DNA of 64,000 bases from Dicentrarchus labrax (lineage: Eukaryota): NCBI RefSeq assembly GCF_905237075.1, contig NW_026136706.1, positions 24,719,935 through 24,783,934 on the forward strand, written 5' to 3'. The number at the start of each line of letters is the position of its first letter. Position 1 is the stretch's first letter. The notes under the pieces were generated by a model. That model ran no database searches. It had not been told where the DNA came from and was given only the letters and a program-made list of their open reading frames with translations. Below are positions 1 through 12,352 of this stretch, in pieces. Both the position numbers and the translations under genes were made by a program.

Positions 1-105
1 ATTCAATTCAATTCAGTTCAATTCAATTTCATTTTATTTGTATAGCGCCATTTCATAACAGAAGTTATCTCACGACGCTTTTCAAATAGAGCAGGTCTCG
101 TGAAG
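1..105 (-). repeat. Interspersed repeat fragment ending in an (AATTC)n tail; inverted partner at 2340..2440
   Basis: Positions 1-105 are approximately the reverse complement of 2340-2440, sharing (aattc)n-aattt-cattttatttgtatagcgc-..agttatctca. The cttttcaaatagagcaggtct block at 81-101 recurs at 56988-57008. Confidence 0.4.
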
Positions 106-199
106 AGATATCCACCAGAGAATCATGAAATGTCCGTGGTACATCAGCTAATCACAGCTAGTCGTAAACACACACCAGCTGATTCCTCCTAAGCTTCCT

Positions 200-650
200 A
201 TTGGAAAACTATCCACAGTCAACTGACAGCTCAGCTGATTCCCTCAAGTATCCAATTGGCAAATATCATTAATGGTGTCTTATTTAAGCTGCTTTAGCCT
301 GCGTATCTTTGCTGCTTTCTCTACAAGCTGTTTTGTAACCCACCTCCACCCCAGCTCCTCCTGTTATGTTGTATCTAATTAATCAATGTCATTTTCTGAT
401 TGCCATTGATACTTGCTCTGTTCTGTACCCTGGGAGGTCTCTGCTGCCGCTCTCCTTGTCTTAAACTTTTCCATGTATGCACATGGAAGGACACGGAGGT
501 GTGCTATCCCTGCCTTAAGGTTTTCCACGTAGGCACGTGGAAAGGCAAGGAGGTCCCAGAACAGAGCCATACCACCAAATGTAACATTCTGCTTCGGAAT
601 AAAAGTTATTCTGACAAAAGTGGTCCTGACTGAACTCAATTTCTGGTATC
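200..650 (+). repeat. Dispersed repeat of about 440 bp (second copy 19560..19990, partial copy 1845..1960) with an internal tandem duplication
   Basis: Near-identical to 19560-19990 over about 430 bp. The internal unit ccacgtaggcacgtggaaaggcaaggag is duplicated within it. Confidence 0.7.
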
Positions 651-798
651 ACGACATGCCCAGTACCTTTCAGAACAGATTTATAAAGTGCTTTTAAGAC
701 AAGTAAAGGGAAATATTGCCAGATGTCAAGAAAAAATAAATCAGAGAACATGAAAATCAAAGTTCAAACTGACGTTAACTCATGAAAACCAGACTCAC

Positions 799-900
799 AG
801 TGGACACCGAGGCAGATGAGTCCAACCAGCAGGAGAACAGTGAACAGACCCAGACAGAAAACAACAGATCCATGAAATCTCCTCTCAGAGCTCCTGGGAC
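799..900 (-). CDS. C-type lectin receptor gene 1, exon 2: transmembrane segment GPRSSERRFHGSVVFCLGLFTVLLLVGLICLGVH. The gene continues leftward out of the window.
   Basis: 102 nt between a cag acceptor (RC 901-903) and a gtgagt donor (RC 793-798). It encodes a hydrophobic signal-anchor of about 23 aa. Confidence 0.7.
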
Positions 901-995
901 CTGAAAGATCAGTGAATACAGTCAAGTGTACAATATTAATAATGACAGATGATAATATACATCTATGCACAAACTCTCAGTCTGACTGGTTTTAC

Positions 996-1065
996 CTGTC
1001 TGATTTGCTGAAGGTCTTGGGTCAATGGGTTTGTCATATTCAACATTGGCATAGATCTCCTCCAT
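996..1065 (-). CDS. C-type lectin receptor gene 1, exon 1: cytoplasmic tail MEEIYANVEYDKPIDPRPSANQT, phase-1 donor
   Basis: The reverse complement gives ATG at 1065-1063, 70 nt, with a gtaaa donor (RC at 991-995). It is paralogous to exon 1 of the other four modules. Confidence 0.7.
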
Positions 1066-1844
1066 TGCTCATAAAGTCACCAACGATTTCCTACAGTCAG
1101 CTCTGCAGCACGGCTCCAGCACAGCAGAACGATGAGAGCTTCAATTTCTCTGCAACTTTTGAGGAAGTCACAAGTTTCAGAGGTGATGAAAATAGTTTGT
1201 ACAACCACCAACTGATCCTTGATCTGTTCAATGGCAGTCACATGAACAGATACTGTACATAAGTGTAAAGAAAAAATGAGAAGTGGTAAACCACCCTTTC
1301 TATCTTCAGACAGCATATTGTTCAAGTTAAGCTAAATCTTGTCAAAGCACACCTACTGCACACACAGTTCCAGGTATTTATTTTGCTTTTCTTTTGGATG
1401 TTTGAAAAAAATTGGTAAGAATGGACCAACACATAATATAAATGTCTCTATTACATTTGCTTGTTGTTACTTCAGGTTAACACAACTAGCGATAGATGCT
1501 AAAACATGCTAACCTAGTGACAGAAAGTGATGGAATCCAAGTGATGAAATGGATTTAACATGATGTCCTGTTAATATTGATCTACAAATAGGGATGTGCT
1601 GATTCCACTGACAGTTTATAACGGAGCTAGTTATCTTTTTCCCCCAGTTACTTTCCATTTGTTTTATTTTATTTTATTTGGTTTGTTGTTTGATTTGCTT
1701 TGGGCCAAGCTGATCCTCACAGTAAATACACTGTGCATCCGGAAAGCATTCACAGCGTTTCAATTTTCCCACATTTTGTTATGTTATAGCCTTGTTCCAA
1801 AATGGATTAAATTCCCTCAAAATTCCATGTATCCCTGACTGCAC

Positions 1845-1960
1845 ACGTAGGCACATGGAAAGGCAAGGAGCTCCCAGAAACAGAGCCATACCGTCAAATG
1901 TAACACATGCTTTGGAAATAAAGTTCTTTTGACAAAAGTGGTCCTGGCTGAATGACTCTG
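1845..1960 (+). repeat. Partial copy of the 440-bp dispersed repeat
   Basis: Matches 530-640 and 19880-19985. Confidence 0.6.
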
Positions 1961-2339
1961 TAGTCAGATTCCACTAGTATGAGAGAAAACAAGTCTTTAC
2001 AACGAAGATTGTAGCAGATAATTGATGGTTTCCAAAGTGAGGAGAAAGGATTGCGCATGCGTCTTTTCACATTTACACCTTTTCAACTTCTGCCAGCGTG
2101 TAGCTAGTTAGCAGTCCTGTTAGCTGACTGTACCTGGACTGGGAGCTCGAAGGACAGGGGGAGTTACTAGTAGGAGTGGAGCGGGGGGACCTAGCAGGGA
2201 ATACTGCCGGAATGTGCCAGCTGATTTTCTAATGGCTCCAAACAGGACTATTATGACTCCATCGGGAAAAACATGGGCAGATTCAGACAGTGATAGTGGA
2301 GGAATGAAACAGAGGAAGAGGAGCGAGTTATCATATCGA

Positions 2340-2440
2340 TAAGCCGTGAACAAGATTTGTGTGATGTTATACTGTCCTGAGATAACTTATAGCGCTATAC
2401 AAATAAAATTGAATTGAATTGAATTATACTGTGTTGAAAT
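2340..2440 (+). repeat. Interspersed repeat fragment with a (TTGAA)n tail, inverted relative to 1..105
   Basis: Reads ...gataacttatagcgctatacaaataaaattgaattgaattgaatt. Confidence 0.4.
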
Positions 2441-3241
2441 TAATGAATGAAATGTTCGGCCTCCTTGCTGCTTGTTCTGACACATTCAGGTTTATTACTG
2501 CTTTTTCTGCGAGCATTTAACAGGCAGCCGTTAAAATCTATATTTTAAATAATTAAATTAATATCACAAACGTGCTGCGACTAGTTGACTCAGAATATCT
2601 TCAGTCAGGGGCAGCCCTAGCAGATTTTGTGTGTTGTGGATCATCATCTAGAGATTCAGCATCTCACCTAATATTTCTGAGTGATGTGTGCACAACTAAT
2701 TTATTTTGGATATTGAATATTAAAACAATGAAGGACTTGTTCACAGATTTCTTACAAATCATCCTTATGGGGATATGAACAAGACACAGCTAGTGCGGCT
2801 AAGAATACAGTACAGGTCAATGCAACTATTTGCTCTCTGGTGTTTGAGCCTAGTTCAGCCGTATATGATGACATGCCTTTCATTCAGCTTCCCTATATCT
2901 GCCACCAAAACAGTTTGGTAAATGTTCCAATGTCTTCACTCAACCATCCTTTGCATGATGAAATTGTACCAACTTAAACTGATGAAACGTTCAATTATTT
3001 ATGCCACATTACATTGCTTTACACTCAAACATCTTTACCCCTTCCAAGATGTCTTTCTTCAGCTTGTCCATGTCAACAGAGGGGGCGTGTTTTTTCTTCA
3101 GCAGCACCTTCACCATGTGCTTCTTCATCTTGCGTTCTTCTATGCACAGGACAGGGAGGGTTAAATGTGCTCAATGTGCTGCACTGAGTGTATATTCTTC
3201 TTATGTCTTGGTATCCCTATGTATCTTGTATCTATGTGTGT

Positions 3242-4550
3242 ACACTACCAGTCAGAAGTTTGGACACACCTTCTCATTTAATGGTTTTTCTTTATTTTCA
3301 TGACTATTTACATTGTAGATTCTCACTGAAGGCATCAAAACTATGAATGAACACATATGGAATTATATAGTAAACAAAAAAGTGTGAAATAACTCAAAAC
3401 ATGTTTTATATTTTAGATTCTTCAAAATAGCCACCCTTTGCTTTGATTACTGCTTTGCACACTCTTGGCATTCTCTCGATGAGCTTCATGAGGTAGTCCA
3501 ACAGTCTTGAAGGAGTTCCCAGAGATGCTGAGCACTTGCTGGCTCTTTTGCCTTCACTCTGCGGTCCATCTCATCCCAAACCATCTCGATTGGGTTTAGG
3601 TCAGGTGACTGTGGAAGCCAGATCATCTGGCGCAGCACTCTATCATTCTCCTTCTTGGTCAAATAGCCCTTACACAGCCTGGAGGTGTGTTTGGGGTCAT
3701 TGTCCTGTTGAAAAATAAATGATGGTCCAACTAAACGCAAACTGGATGGGATGGCATGATGCTGCAGGATGCTGTGGTAGCCATGCTGGTTCAGTGTGCC
3801 TTCAATTTTGAATAAATCCCCAACAGTGTCACCAGCAAAGCACCCCAACACCATCACACCTCCTCCTCCATGCTTCACGGTGGGAACCATGCATGTACAG
3901 ACCATCCGTTCATCTTTTCTGCGTGGCACAAAGACACGGCGGGTGGAACCAAAGATCTCAAATTTGTACTCATCAGACCAAAGCAGATTTCCACTGGTCT
4001 AATGTCAATTCCTTGTGTTTCTTGGCCCAAACAAATCTCTTCTGCTTGTTGCTTTTCCTTAGTAGTGTTTTTTTAGCAGCTATCTGACCATAAAGGCCTG
4101 ATTCGCGTAGTCTCCTCTGAACAGTAGAACTCTGTGTGGCATTCATCTGGGCTCTAATCTGAGGTGCTGTTAACTTGCGATTTCTGAGGCTGGTGACTCG
4201 GATGAACTTATCCTCAGCAGCAGAGGTGACTCTTGGTCTTCCTTTCCTGGGGCGGTCCTCATGTGAGCCAGTTTCGTCGTAGCGCTTGATGGTTTTTGCG
4301 ACTGCACTTGGGGACACATTCAAAGTTTTTGCAATTTTCCGGACTGACTGACCTTCAGTTCTTAAAGTAAATGATGGACTGTCGATTCTCTTTACTTAGC
4401 TGATTGGTTCTTGCCATAATATGAATTCTAACAGTTGTCAAATGGAGCTGTTTCATATAAGGGAATAGAAACCTTTTCATGTTGCAGATGTGGGATTAAA
4501 CTGTAAAAATGTAAGATAATAATCACAGGGTGGCTGTGAATATTGACTTG
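3242..4550 (-). mobile_element. Tc1-like DNA transposon of the Sleeping-Beauty-like subfamily, decayed copy
   Basis: The right end TA-CACTACCAGTCAGAAGTTTGGACACACC at 3240 resembles the SB terminus TA-CAGTTGAAGTCGGAAGTTTACATACACC. The transposase ORFs lie on the minus strand. The left end at about 4450-4550 is diverged or truncated. Confidence 0.8.
3486..4323 (-). pseudogene. Tc1/SB-family transposase pseudogene, frameshifted between 3929 and 3973, with the C-terminus out of frame
   Basis: The ORFs at 3973..4323 (HTH: GRPRKTS..) and 3486..3929 (TVKHGGGGVMVLGCF, FQQDNDPKHTS, PQSPDLNPIE = DDE core) are in different frames. The C-terminal LIERMPRVCKAVIKAKGGYFEE is readable at 3420-3486 only in another frame. 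Confidence 0.85.
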
Positions 4551-4900
4551 TTAGAGTAGAGTATGCAAATCAATCTCACCAGTGTAACATACATACAGTT
4601 AAGATTATACCATTTGCCCAACTTTGAAAAGGCACATGAGTATTCAATTGAGATGGATGGTGAACTGGGAGCCCACTTAGTGAAAGAATGTACGCTCCCA
4701 TCTGACCAGCTCCATGTGTCTCTGTAGATCCACATTTGCTGTCCACTTGGCACTTTGTCCTTCATCAGGTCATTCTCAGCTTGGTTCCTCACACTGGCCA
4801 GGTCAGTGTAGTGCTGCCTGCAGTAGCTCTGTGCCGCCTTCCAGGTCTTGGACTCATTCACAAAGATGAAGCTTGATGAAGTGTTCTCTGTGCCTTCCAT
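4523..4900 (-). CDS. Single-exon C-type lectin-like domain (CTLD), an orphan or partial gene; no EPN/QPD or WND calcium-site motifs
   Basis: The minus-strand ORF reads ..SSSFIFVNESKTWKAAQSYCRQHYTDLASVRNQAENDLM..QMWIYRDTWSWSDGSVHSFTKWAPSSP..YSCAFSKLGKWYNLNC.., the CTLD consensus (W..A...C, WIG-like, W.WSDGS, C..... C). The exon boundaries and the rest of the gene are unresolved. Confidence 0.45.
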   Translation of the reverse strand: MEGTENTSSSFIFVNESKTWKAAQSYCRQHYTDLASVRNQAENDLMKDKVPSGQQMWIYRDTWSWSDGSVHSFTKWAPSSPSISIEYSCAFSKLGKWYNLNCMYVTLVRLICILYSNKSIFTATL

Positions 4901-5339
4901 GTATGAAAATATTGATTAGAAGTTTCACAGTGATGCACTTAAAAGACCAGTGTGTAGGATTTAGGGGCATTTAGCAGAGAAGTTGCAGCATGCAACTCCG
5001 CCTGAACGTCGCTTGCTTATGTTTTTGACAACCTGGGAATGAGAATGGGCTGTGCCATTTACAGCCACATGGCAGTTCAACATGCCCGACTCCATGGAAG
5101 GTGACCCGCGTGATCTGTAGATAAAACAGCTAATACTAAGGTAACGGTAACTCAACACTTCCTATATTCAGGTGATTGTACAGGAATTAAAGGCACACTA
5201 TGCAAGATTTTTACCTTAATATAACAGCTTCGAAGTCATTTCGATGGTAAACAAACTCGTAGTATAGCGAATCATCCCGATAGCAAAGCAGGAGAGGGAC
5301 GCTGCTGGCAGAACCAGCAATGCAAGTCTGAAAGGTGGC

Positions 5340-5590
5340 GCCCCGCCAAATCTCGCGAGAATCACAAATTGCTTTACGGTGCAACGTCACATACATTCTT
5401 CGGAGTCTATCTTTGCCTGTTCGATGTCCTACGCTTCGATCCTATTGAACATGTGTGTTTTCAGTGTGTTTTTAGCCTGTGTTTTTTGCTATTTTTACTT
5501 TTTGGGCATTTTGAGCACTTTTTATTTTTTGTTTGCTTGGGTCTCCATGGCAACGGGGAGTCGCATTGTTTACACCCGCATAGGATGCCT
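5340..5590 (+). repeat. Partial copy of the LINE 5'-region repeat (same family as 10850..11650 and 19030..19560)
   Basis: Shares the block gcattttgagcactttttattttttgtttgcttgggtctccatggcaacggggagtcgcattgtttacacc with 10990-11070. Confidence 0.45.
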
Positions 5591-8500
5591 TTAAACATAC
5601 AATACTAAACATACAATATTATATTCCCTTTCAGCCAATAGAGCTGTAGGGGAAAAATGATCATTTAGTGAATTACCTTTGTATGAACTGTGATTCTTTG
5701 TGTTACACTGACCACATTTATTAATGTGACACATGATGTGAGGTTGAAATATAGCCTAGCCTGCACACGTCTGCTGAACTGTGCATGAACTAAATGAATA
5801 CCATGACCACATCTATGTAATGTAAGGTTGAAATATAGCCTGCTCTGCTGTGGTTGAAAAATAGCCTGGCCTGTACATCTACACTTTAATCCAATTTTGG
5901 TCTGAGACGGGAGCAGGTCTTTATCTAATTTGGTCTTAGACAGGAACATGTCTTCATTTGGAAATGCCCTTATCTCCTTTTGATGTTTATCTTTTTCCTT
6001 TTTATGGTCATTGACTCTCTGGTCTTATGCATATAAAAACCCTGGTAGCGATGCACACAGCATCGATTCCTCGGCAGTCGCTGACTGTCACTTTGCTGGT
6101 TTCGATCCTTCTGTGCAGAAGCTAAATAAATATACAAAGACAAATTCCTCTTTGTTGGTTTTCCTTTATTCGGTCAAACTTCCACCACAAGAGCCTACTG
6201 AATGTTACACACTGGACCTTTAAGATTGTACATTTAAATGTTGCAACTCATTCAAAAGCAGTCCATTCTCACTCCCAACATTTCAAATGTGGCAGCCTGG
6301 TCAGTCACGGCGCTTCAAACGACGATGCTGTTTAGCGTAATTTCTGGATGCATCCACCTAGCTGATCTTTTGATGAACATTTTTTTTTCTACTTATGTTA
6401 CCTGTAAGTGCTTGCATTTTGTTGCATTTAGTTAATTGTTTGATTTATTTTATGTAAGCCTTTATTTATTATTTATTTTATTTTATTTTATGTTAGCTTA
6501 CTTTTACTCTAACCCTGTATTACTTTCCCACCTTTGTATTGCAACTGTTGCACAGTAATTTACCTCGGGATAAATAAAGCTTCTTGAATCTTGAATCTTG
6601 AATAAGCCTGACATCTGTTTTATTTTATTTAAAATATTTTCCATTTTAGATTTCCCCATATATACAATCTACATCATATACACATCCTGCAGCAACAATT
6701 GTGACAAGGCCAAACAAGACAGGACAACACACATTTACCCACATATAAAACAAATAAGCTCAACCTCACCGTCTTCAAACCTGATCAATGTGTGAACTGT
6801 GAATAAATAGAAACTGTATGTATAAGTAAGTAACATACAGAACTAAGTCTTTGAATATAATGTATCTCTATGAAGTACACCCATCTATTATCACTGACTC
6901 ATCATCATCATCACATATTCTAACCACATTATTATCATGCTCACAGTGTCCCTATTATCCATCTGTCCTACACTCTAAAACAAAACAACAACAACAACAA
7001 CATGAAACCAGGTTTAAAGTCAAAGGGCCTATCTCATTTCTCTCATTTGTGCCTCCTCGTCTCCTCTCTCCTCCGTCCTCCTGCCAGTGACACAGGAATG
7101 AGGAGGAAGTCTTTTCAATGTTTTTAAGCACCTGTGATGCATAAAAGAGGCGTACAGCTGGAATATACAAAGCATGGGGGGAGAACTCTACAGATGTATT
7201 GATAAATTGTATTAGTTATTTAAGATGATCAGACCCTCTGGCCAGTTTTATATATTTACCTAATGATATACATCATCAGCAAATGAATTTAGTTTACATT
7301 GAAGCCAGCCTACACTGATACCTGTAACTTTGGGATTTTATCTTATTCTCTCTGCAACTAGTTCCAGATATTGTCTTAAAATATACATTATCCAGTTAGT
7401 TCAAATGGTCCATAAACATTCCATTTGTTTGTTAAATCAGGGTAATAGTGTAATATCTACAGGCTACAATGTGTTGATTGTGTACATGGACTGCAATGCT
7501 GCCGCTAGCAAGCGTTATTAATATTAAATCAAAGTAAGATATATATGCAAGATAAAATCAGCATTATACAGTCAGAGAAAGCCTGCACACTGGATGATTT
7601 GAGCTTTAATACATTTCATACACAGATTTGTAAAACCATCTGCAGCTATAATTTATAACTCCTTAAATAGTCCAGACTTTGCCACATTGTCCTTACCTCA
7701 AAGTTGCTCCGTATCTTAACAGCTGAAACTAATATTCTAAGAATCGCTGCCTCTCTCAGGCTGTGTTTTCTCAGTTCAGTGAGTATTGCTATGATCAGTC
7801 TCCTCTGACTTCAGAGAAATCTTTGGTGCTGTACATCCAGCTGTAACAGCTGATATTGTTTGTTTGATTAACAAATTATTGTGGAGAGGCGCCCAGGCTG
7901 ACAAAATTACATGGACAATATTTGGATGAAATAACAAAAGGAACCACGTGATTTACTTACGAGACCGGCTCCTGGCTCAAAATATTCACATGAGTAATGA
8001 AAGTAAGTTTGAGCCTGTTCACACCTGGAATTTGACTGCTATATTGTGCATATAAATGAATATGACTAACTGAATGCATCCTGTTTAAAATATACAGTCA
8101 ACAGAACACACAGTAATAATGAACTCCTTTAGATGGAACAGTAAATGTTTTGCAAAAAACTTTGTGTACATAAACACAGACAGAAATATAATAATAATAA
8201 TAATAACCTTTTAAGCGTTTAAAGGTATGATGGTGCCCACTGCAGGCTCCAGCTCAAGTATACTAACTCCACAGCACACATATCCCATGTCCCTACCGGT
8301 CATGAACACAACCCTATACAGTGGCCCACTAATCTATTAAACCCAAGCCAATCCGTGCCCTAAATCAGGGGGTGCATCAGGCGGGAACTAAACATAGCTT
8401 TAACACTATGCTTTTTACATTTATGCCAGCAACCTGGATAACTTTGCCAAGAGCAGGCACTCACTGCGGAAGTATCCAGGTTTCTCACACATCCAACACT

Positions 8501-9333
8501 CCTGCCCTGAGGCCAAAGGGACCCTCTGTGGATCAAGAGCAGTGTGTGTAGCAGCTAGACCCTGAGATGGAGAGAAAACAGATGGAAGATCTTTCAGCTA
8601 CTGGGCGTAGACAAAGGGACTTTTGGTGGGTCCCAGCATGGTGTTCCGGTGATCCTCAGGAGAGAAACCCATCCAATCAAGGATAGCTCTCTTGATGTCT
8701 TGGAATTCCCCCTGAGATGAGGCTGGCGAGCCAAGCGCTGCAGTCTGGGCTTACACTGACAGTAAGGGAAGCAAGTGCACAGCCCATTCCATCATAGGCC
8801 AGACACATGCCTTTGCTGTTTGTCATGGCTCTGCTCCCCTCCTGCTCCCTTTGCTCCTCCTCCTCACCTGTGCTCTGCCTCACCTGCTCCCTATCACCTC
8901 ATTAGTCTCAGCCCTCAAATACCCCGGTGTCCTTTTGCTTGGTGCCAGATTGTTTGTTCTGCAGACTTGGTGGTACACTCTTGGCTCCACTCAGTGAGTA
9001 GCTGGCTCCTTAGCGTTTTTCCCTGTTCCTGCCCTCCTGTCTGATCCCTGTATCTCCAGAGTTCCAAGGATTCCACCTCTTCAGTGTGTTCAGAGATCTT
9101 ATCTCTCCGGAGTCTCCGGAATCTGACCTCTTCAGAGTTCCAGGGATCCTTCCCGTGTAGACCAGGTTCCAAGGTCAGCTCGCCAGTGCCTCTGGATCTT
9201 CGTAACCCCCGCCAGTTCTCCAGTCCACCCGTGCAGTTCGGGTCCCAGAGTCAGCTCTCCAGTGTTTCTGTGTCTCCGGTCTGCCTGCTGATTCTCCGGC
9301 CCGCTCCTGCTGAGGCCGCCCCTCATCTCCCCC

Positions 9334-9336
<3 letters not shown>

Positions 9337-9360
<24 letters not shown>
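9337..9360. repeat. (GT)n microsatellite
   Basis: gtgtgtgtgtgtgtgtgtgtgtg. Confidence 0.9.
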
Positions 9361-9364
<4 letters not shown>

Positions 9365-9867
9365 TAAAGCCCCATCTAAACCGTCCATCATGTCTGTGTG
9401 TCTGCTCCTGGGTCCAACCTAAACACTACACGTCACACAGTTGCCTCGAAGATCTCCAGGAAGGTCTGGGGGTTGTCCACTGTTGTCATTTTATGCAGGG
9501 TGATATTGGAGAACGAGAGAGTCGAGGAGATGCCGACTGAGCCCCTGACCAACAGATTCTTCAGCAGCTGGTTTTGATTCCCCCCCCTGGTTATGGAGTG
9601 CTTTTAATTACTGCTTATTCAGGGCTGCCTGCTCACAGTGCATGGCAGTGCATGGCAGCAATCTCCCCCAGCATTTCTCACAGTAATGCCACCAGCAGTG
9701 GAGGCTGCTGCGGATCTGTCATATTGACAGAGGTACATTCGGCACCAATATAGCACTGCTACTGTGGGTTCCCCCAGCACACAACCAAGAACAACATATT
9801 AGTTAACCTCCACACCTCTCCCTCCAGCAGCTGAGTGTAAACCAGACCTACCTCCACTTCTATTAAT

Positions 9868-10131
9868 AGACAGCTTCAATCTGTTGCATTAGTTTGGGGC
9901 TGATATCAGCATAAGGCGTTGTAATACACACAAATACAGTTTCTCACTGTATTTTACATTCTTACTTGAAAACCTCTCTAAACTCAGATTCAGACACATT
10001 GACACAAACCTGTGAACCAGATCAGTGACTGTACTCACCAGAATGAACTGCAGAAAGCACAGTAAGGAACAGGGATGGCAGATAAAGAGCCACACAGTCC
10101 ACAGAGAGCAGAGGCCAGCAGCAGAGTCATC
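9868..10131 (-). repeat. Repeat family that contains a signal-peptide-like 5' exon plus its donor (other copies 23875..24130 and 61340..61520)
   Basis: The minus strand reads ATGATGACTCTGCTGCTGGCC.. = MMTLLLASALCGLCGSLSAIPVPYCAFCSSF followed by gtgagtacag. The intron-side sequence is shared with 23875-24130 (+) and 61340-61520 (-). Confidence 0.4.
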
Positions 10132-10849
10132 ATGGTCACGATGAAGCCAGTTTCTTCCTCTTGTAGAGCTGTACTGGTGAGAGTGAAGGGTGCTCACTCA
10201 GGCCACTGTGAACTATTGATAAATCTTTGTCTGGGTCTGCAACTTTATATCAGCTGCTCATTAGTAAAGATGAAAAATTGATTTGGTCACTTCTCAGTCT
10301 TGTGCTCATTGTCTGTTGGTCTTATGGCGTGTCTCTAAACAATAAGAAAGAATAAGAAAATCACTTTTTGGTTTATTGGTATATATTTTCTGGAGGCAAA
10401 CGGGGAGTAATGTGGCACCGATGGCTGGTCCTAGTTAAAAGTCTGGTGGCTCCATTTTGTACTAAATTTTAACGATTTAAGGAAGTTTGACAAGAAGCTT
10501 CTGATTTTTGCAAAATTTCGTAGCTGCAGAAATCAGGACTGGACAAATTTTGTAACACAAAGGTCAATTGTCATATACTAGACAAAGATGATGCCAATAT
10601 TCTAAGCTGTGGGTTTGATATTTGTGCATAATGGTCCAATAAACTGATCAACTGCAGTGACAAAGTCAGGGCCAAATAAAATTTCCATTTTGTCAGGATT
10701 TAGGTGGAGAAAATTAAGAGGACTTCCAGTCTTTGGTGGCAACTAAGCAATCATGGAGGGAGGACAGTTGATTAAGGTTATTGGGTTTCACAGAAAAGTA
10801 GACCCGTGTATCATCAGCGTATGATCATATCATCAGCATCTTCTTCCTG

Positions 10850-11650
10850 GAATGGCGCCTGTTACAACGGCAGCCTGTCATGGCAGCTCCTATCATTGTT
10901 GTAGTTTCAGTGTGTTTTCAGTGTGTTTATGCTATTTTTAACTCTTTTCTTACTTTCTTACTACTTTGTTCACATCGCCTAAATTTCTTGGCATTTTTGA
11001 GCACTTTTTATTTTTTGTTTGCATGGGTCTCCATGTCGACAGGGAGTCGCATTGTTTACACCTTCGACTGGATGATCGCCCTGAGGTACCCTAGCATCCT
11101 GACTGGAGAGAGACCCTCCATATCAGAGGAGCTGAGGAGTAGACGGCGAGGCTGCAGAGCGGGGGTTAAACGGAGGATGAAGAAGAGGAGGTTTAAACTC
11201 TACACCCCTGCAGTCATCACTGGAAACAAATGTGGCTACACGAGCAGATACCGGATTCCAACGTTACCATTTCCGGCTTACAGGCGGTTCGAGCCGACAG
11301 GGACACCACTGCGACCAGCAAGAAGAAAGAAGGGGGACTGTCCGTGCTCATAAACAACAGGTGGTGCAACGCCTGGGCACGTCTGTGTGAAAGAGCGTGT
11401 CTGCAGCCCGGACATCGAGCTTGTCGCCGTCGGACTTCGTCCATATTATCTGCCACAGGAATTTTCCAGTATTATCGCGATCACTGTCTATATTCCTCCG
11501 TCTGGGGAAGCAGCGTGTGACGTCATCCACACTGTGACTGCAGGACTACAAACGAAACACCTGGAGGCCTTCATCATCACCACAGGGGACTTCAACCACG
11601 TTTCTCTCTCGTCCACACTCCCAACCTTCCATCAGTTTGTCACATGCGCC
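10850..11650 (+). mobile_element. Non-LTR (LINE) retrotransposon 5' fragment with the start of an apurinic-endonuclease domain, frameshifted
   Basis: ORF 11387..11671 reads KERVCSPDIELVAVGLRPYYLPQEFSSIIAITVYIPPSG...TGDFNHVSL. VYIPP and GDFNH are APE-domain motifs of LINE ORF2. An inverted copy lies at 19030-19560. Confidence 0.6.
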
Positions 11651-12121
11651 ACCAGAGACAATAGGACCTAAGACCTGTTTTTTTATATCTCTATTTATTT
11701 CACTCAAATGCTGCTGTGACAAGTGAATTTCCCCATTATGGGATTAATAAAGTTATCTATCTATCTAATAGTGGTATGACACATCTTGGAAGCAGCTGAA
11801 CAAATGACCCAGAAAAAGCATGTACGCGGAGAATTTATTGTCTTATGTAGGTGCTTACTGTATAGGTATCACATGTAGTGTTGCACGGTGCACCGATACT
11901 TCAAAAGTATCGTGATTCTCGGAAATTAAAAATGTCACGATTCCTAAATTTATTAGTATCGATACTTTTAAGAATGACCGCGTTCCACATTTGTAAGAGA
12001 CGTATTTCATGTTGGTGTGTGCAACGCATGCTTCCAGTGCCTCCCTATGGACGTCTGTGTTCTTTCTTTCACGCACACAGCAAAGAAGCTGCAGCTGTCA
12101 TGTGACAAACACTGTAACGAC

Positions 12122-12352
12122 ATGGCTGCATGTGCGAGCACAAGTGATACTGTGGCCGCTGGTCCACAACTGGTAGAAAAAGATGACTCGAGGAGTGAAA
12201 TATGGAAGTACTTTGCCTACCTTGCTGACAGTGAGGGCAAAGCTACCGATAAGTCGAGACCTGTTTGTCGTCAGTGCTACAAACAAATGCAAACAAAGGG
12301 AGCCAACACCTCGAACCTGGAGAAACACTTGGCCGACAAGCATGCCGAGTAG
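12122..12352 (+). CDS. Small ORF (76 aa) that is essentially one BED-type zinc finger (SEIWKYFAY..CRQC..NTSNLEKHLADKH); a likely hAT-derived mini-ORF
   Basis: MAACASTSDTVAAGPQLVEKDDSRSEIWKYFAYLADSEGKATDKSRPVCRQCYKQMQTKGANTSNLEKHLADKHAE*. It is flanked by tatcgata/gtatcg-rich subterminal-like repeats at 11880-11960 and 13440-13500. Confidence 0.5.
   Translation: MAACASTSDTVAAGPQLVEKDDSRSEIWKYFAYLADSEGKATDKSRPVCRQCYKQMQTKGANTSNLEKHLADKHAE

Noticed and set aside
5369-5608. Recurrent ORF motif LSTFYFLFAWVSMATGSRIVYT (also 10880.. and 19249..)
   Set aside because: It arises from the shared 5' UTR-like region of a LINE family read in an arbitrary frame. It is a repeat, not a protein family.
8775-9362. 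Pro/Ser-rich ORFs (8775..9044 + and 9084..9362 +) over a degenerate repeat of about 30 bp (..ccagttctccagtcc.. / ..cagctctccagtg..)
   Set aside because: The coding potential is produced by low-complexity tandem repeats. There is no start context, no domain and no splice signals, so it is most likely an unclassified repeat.
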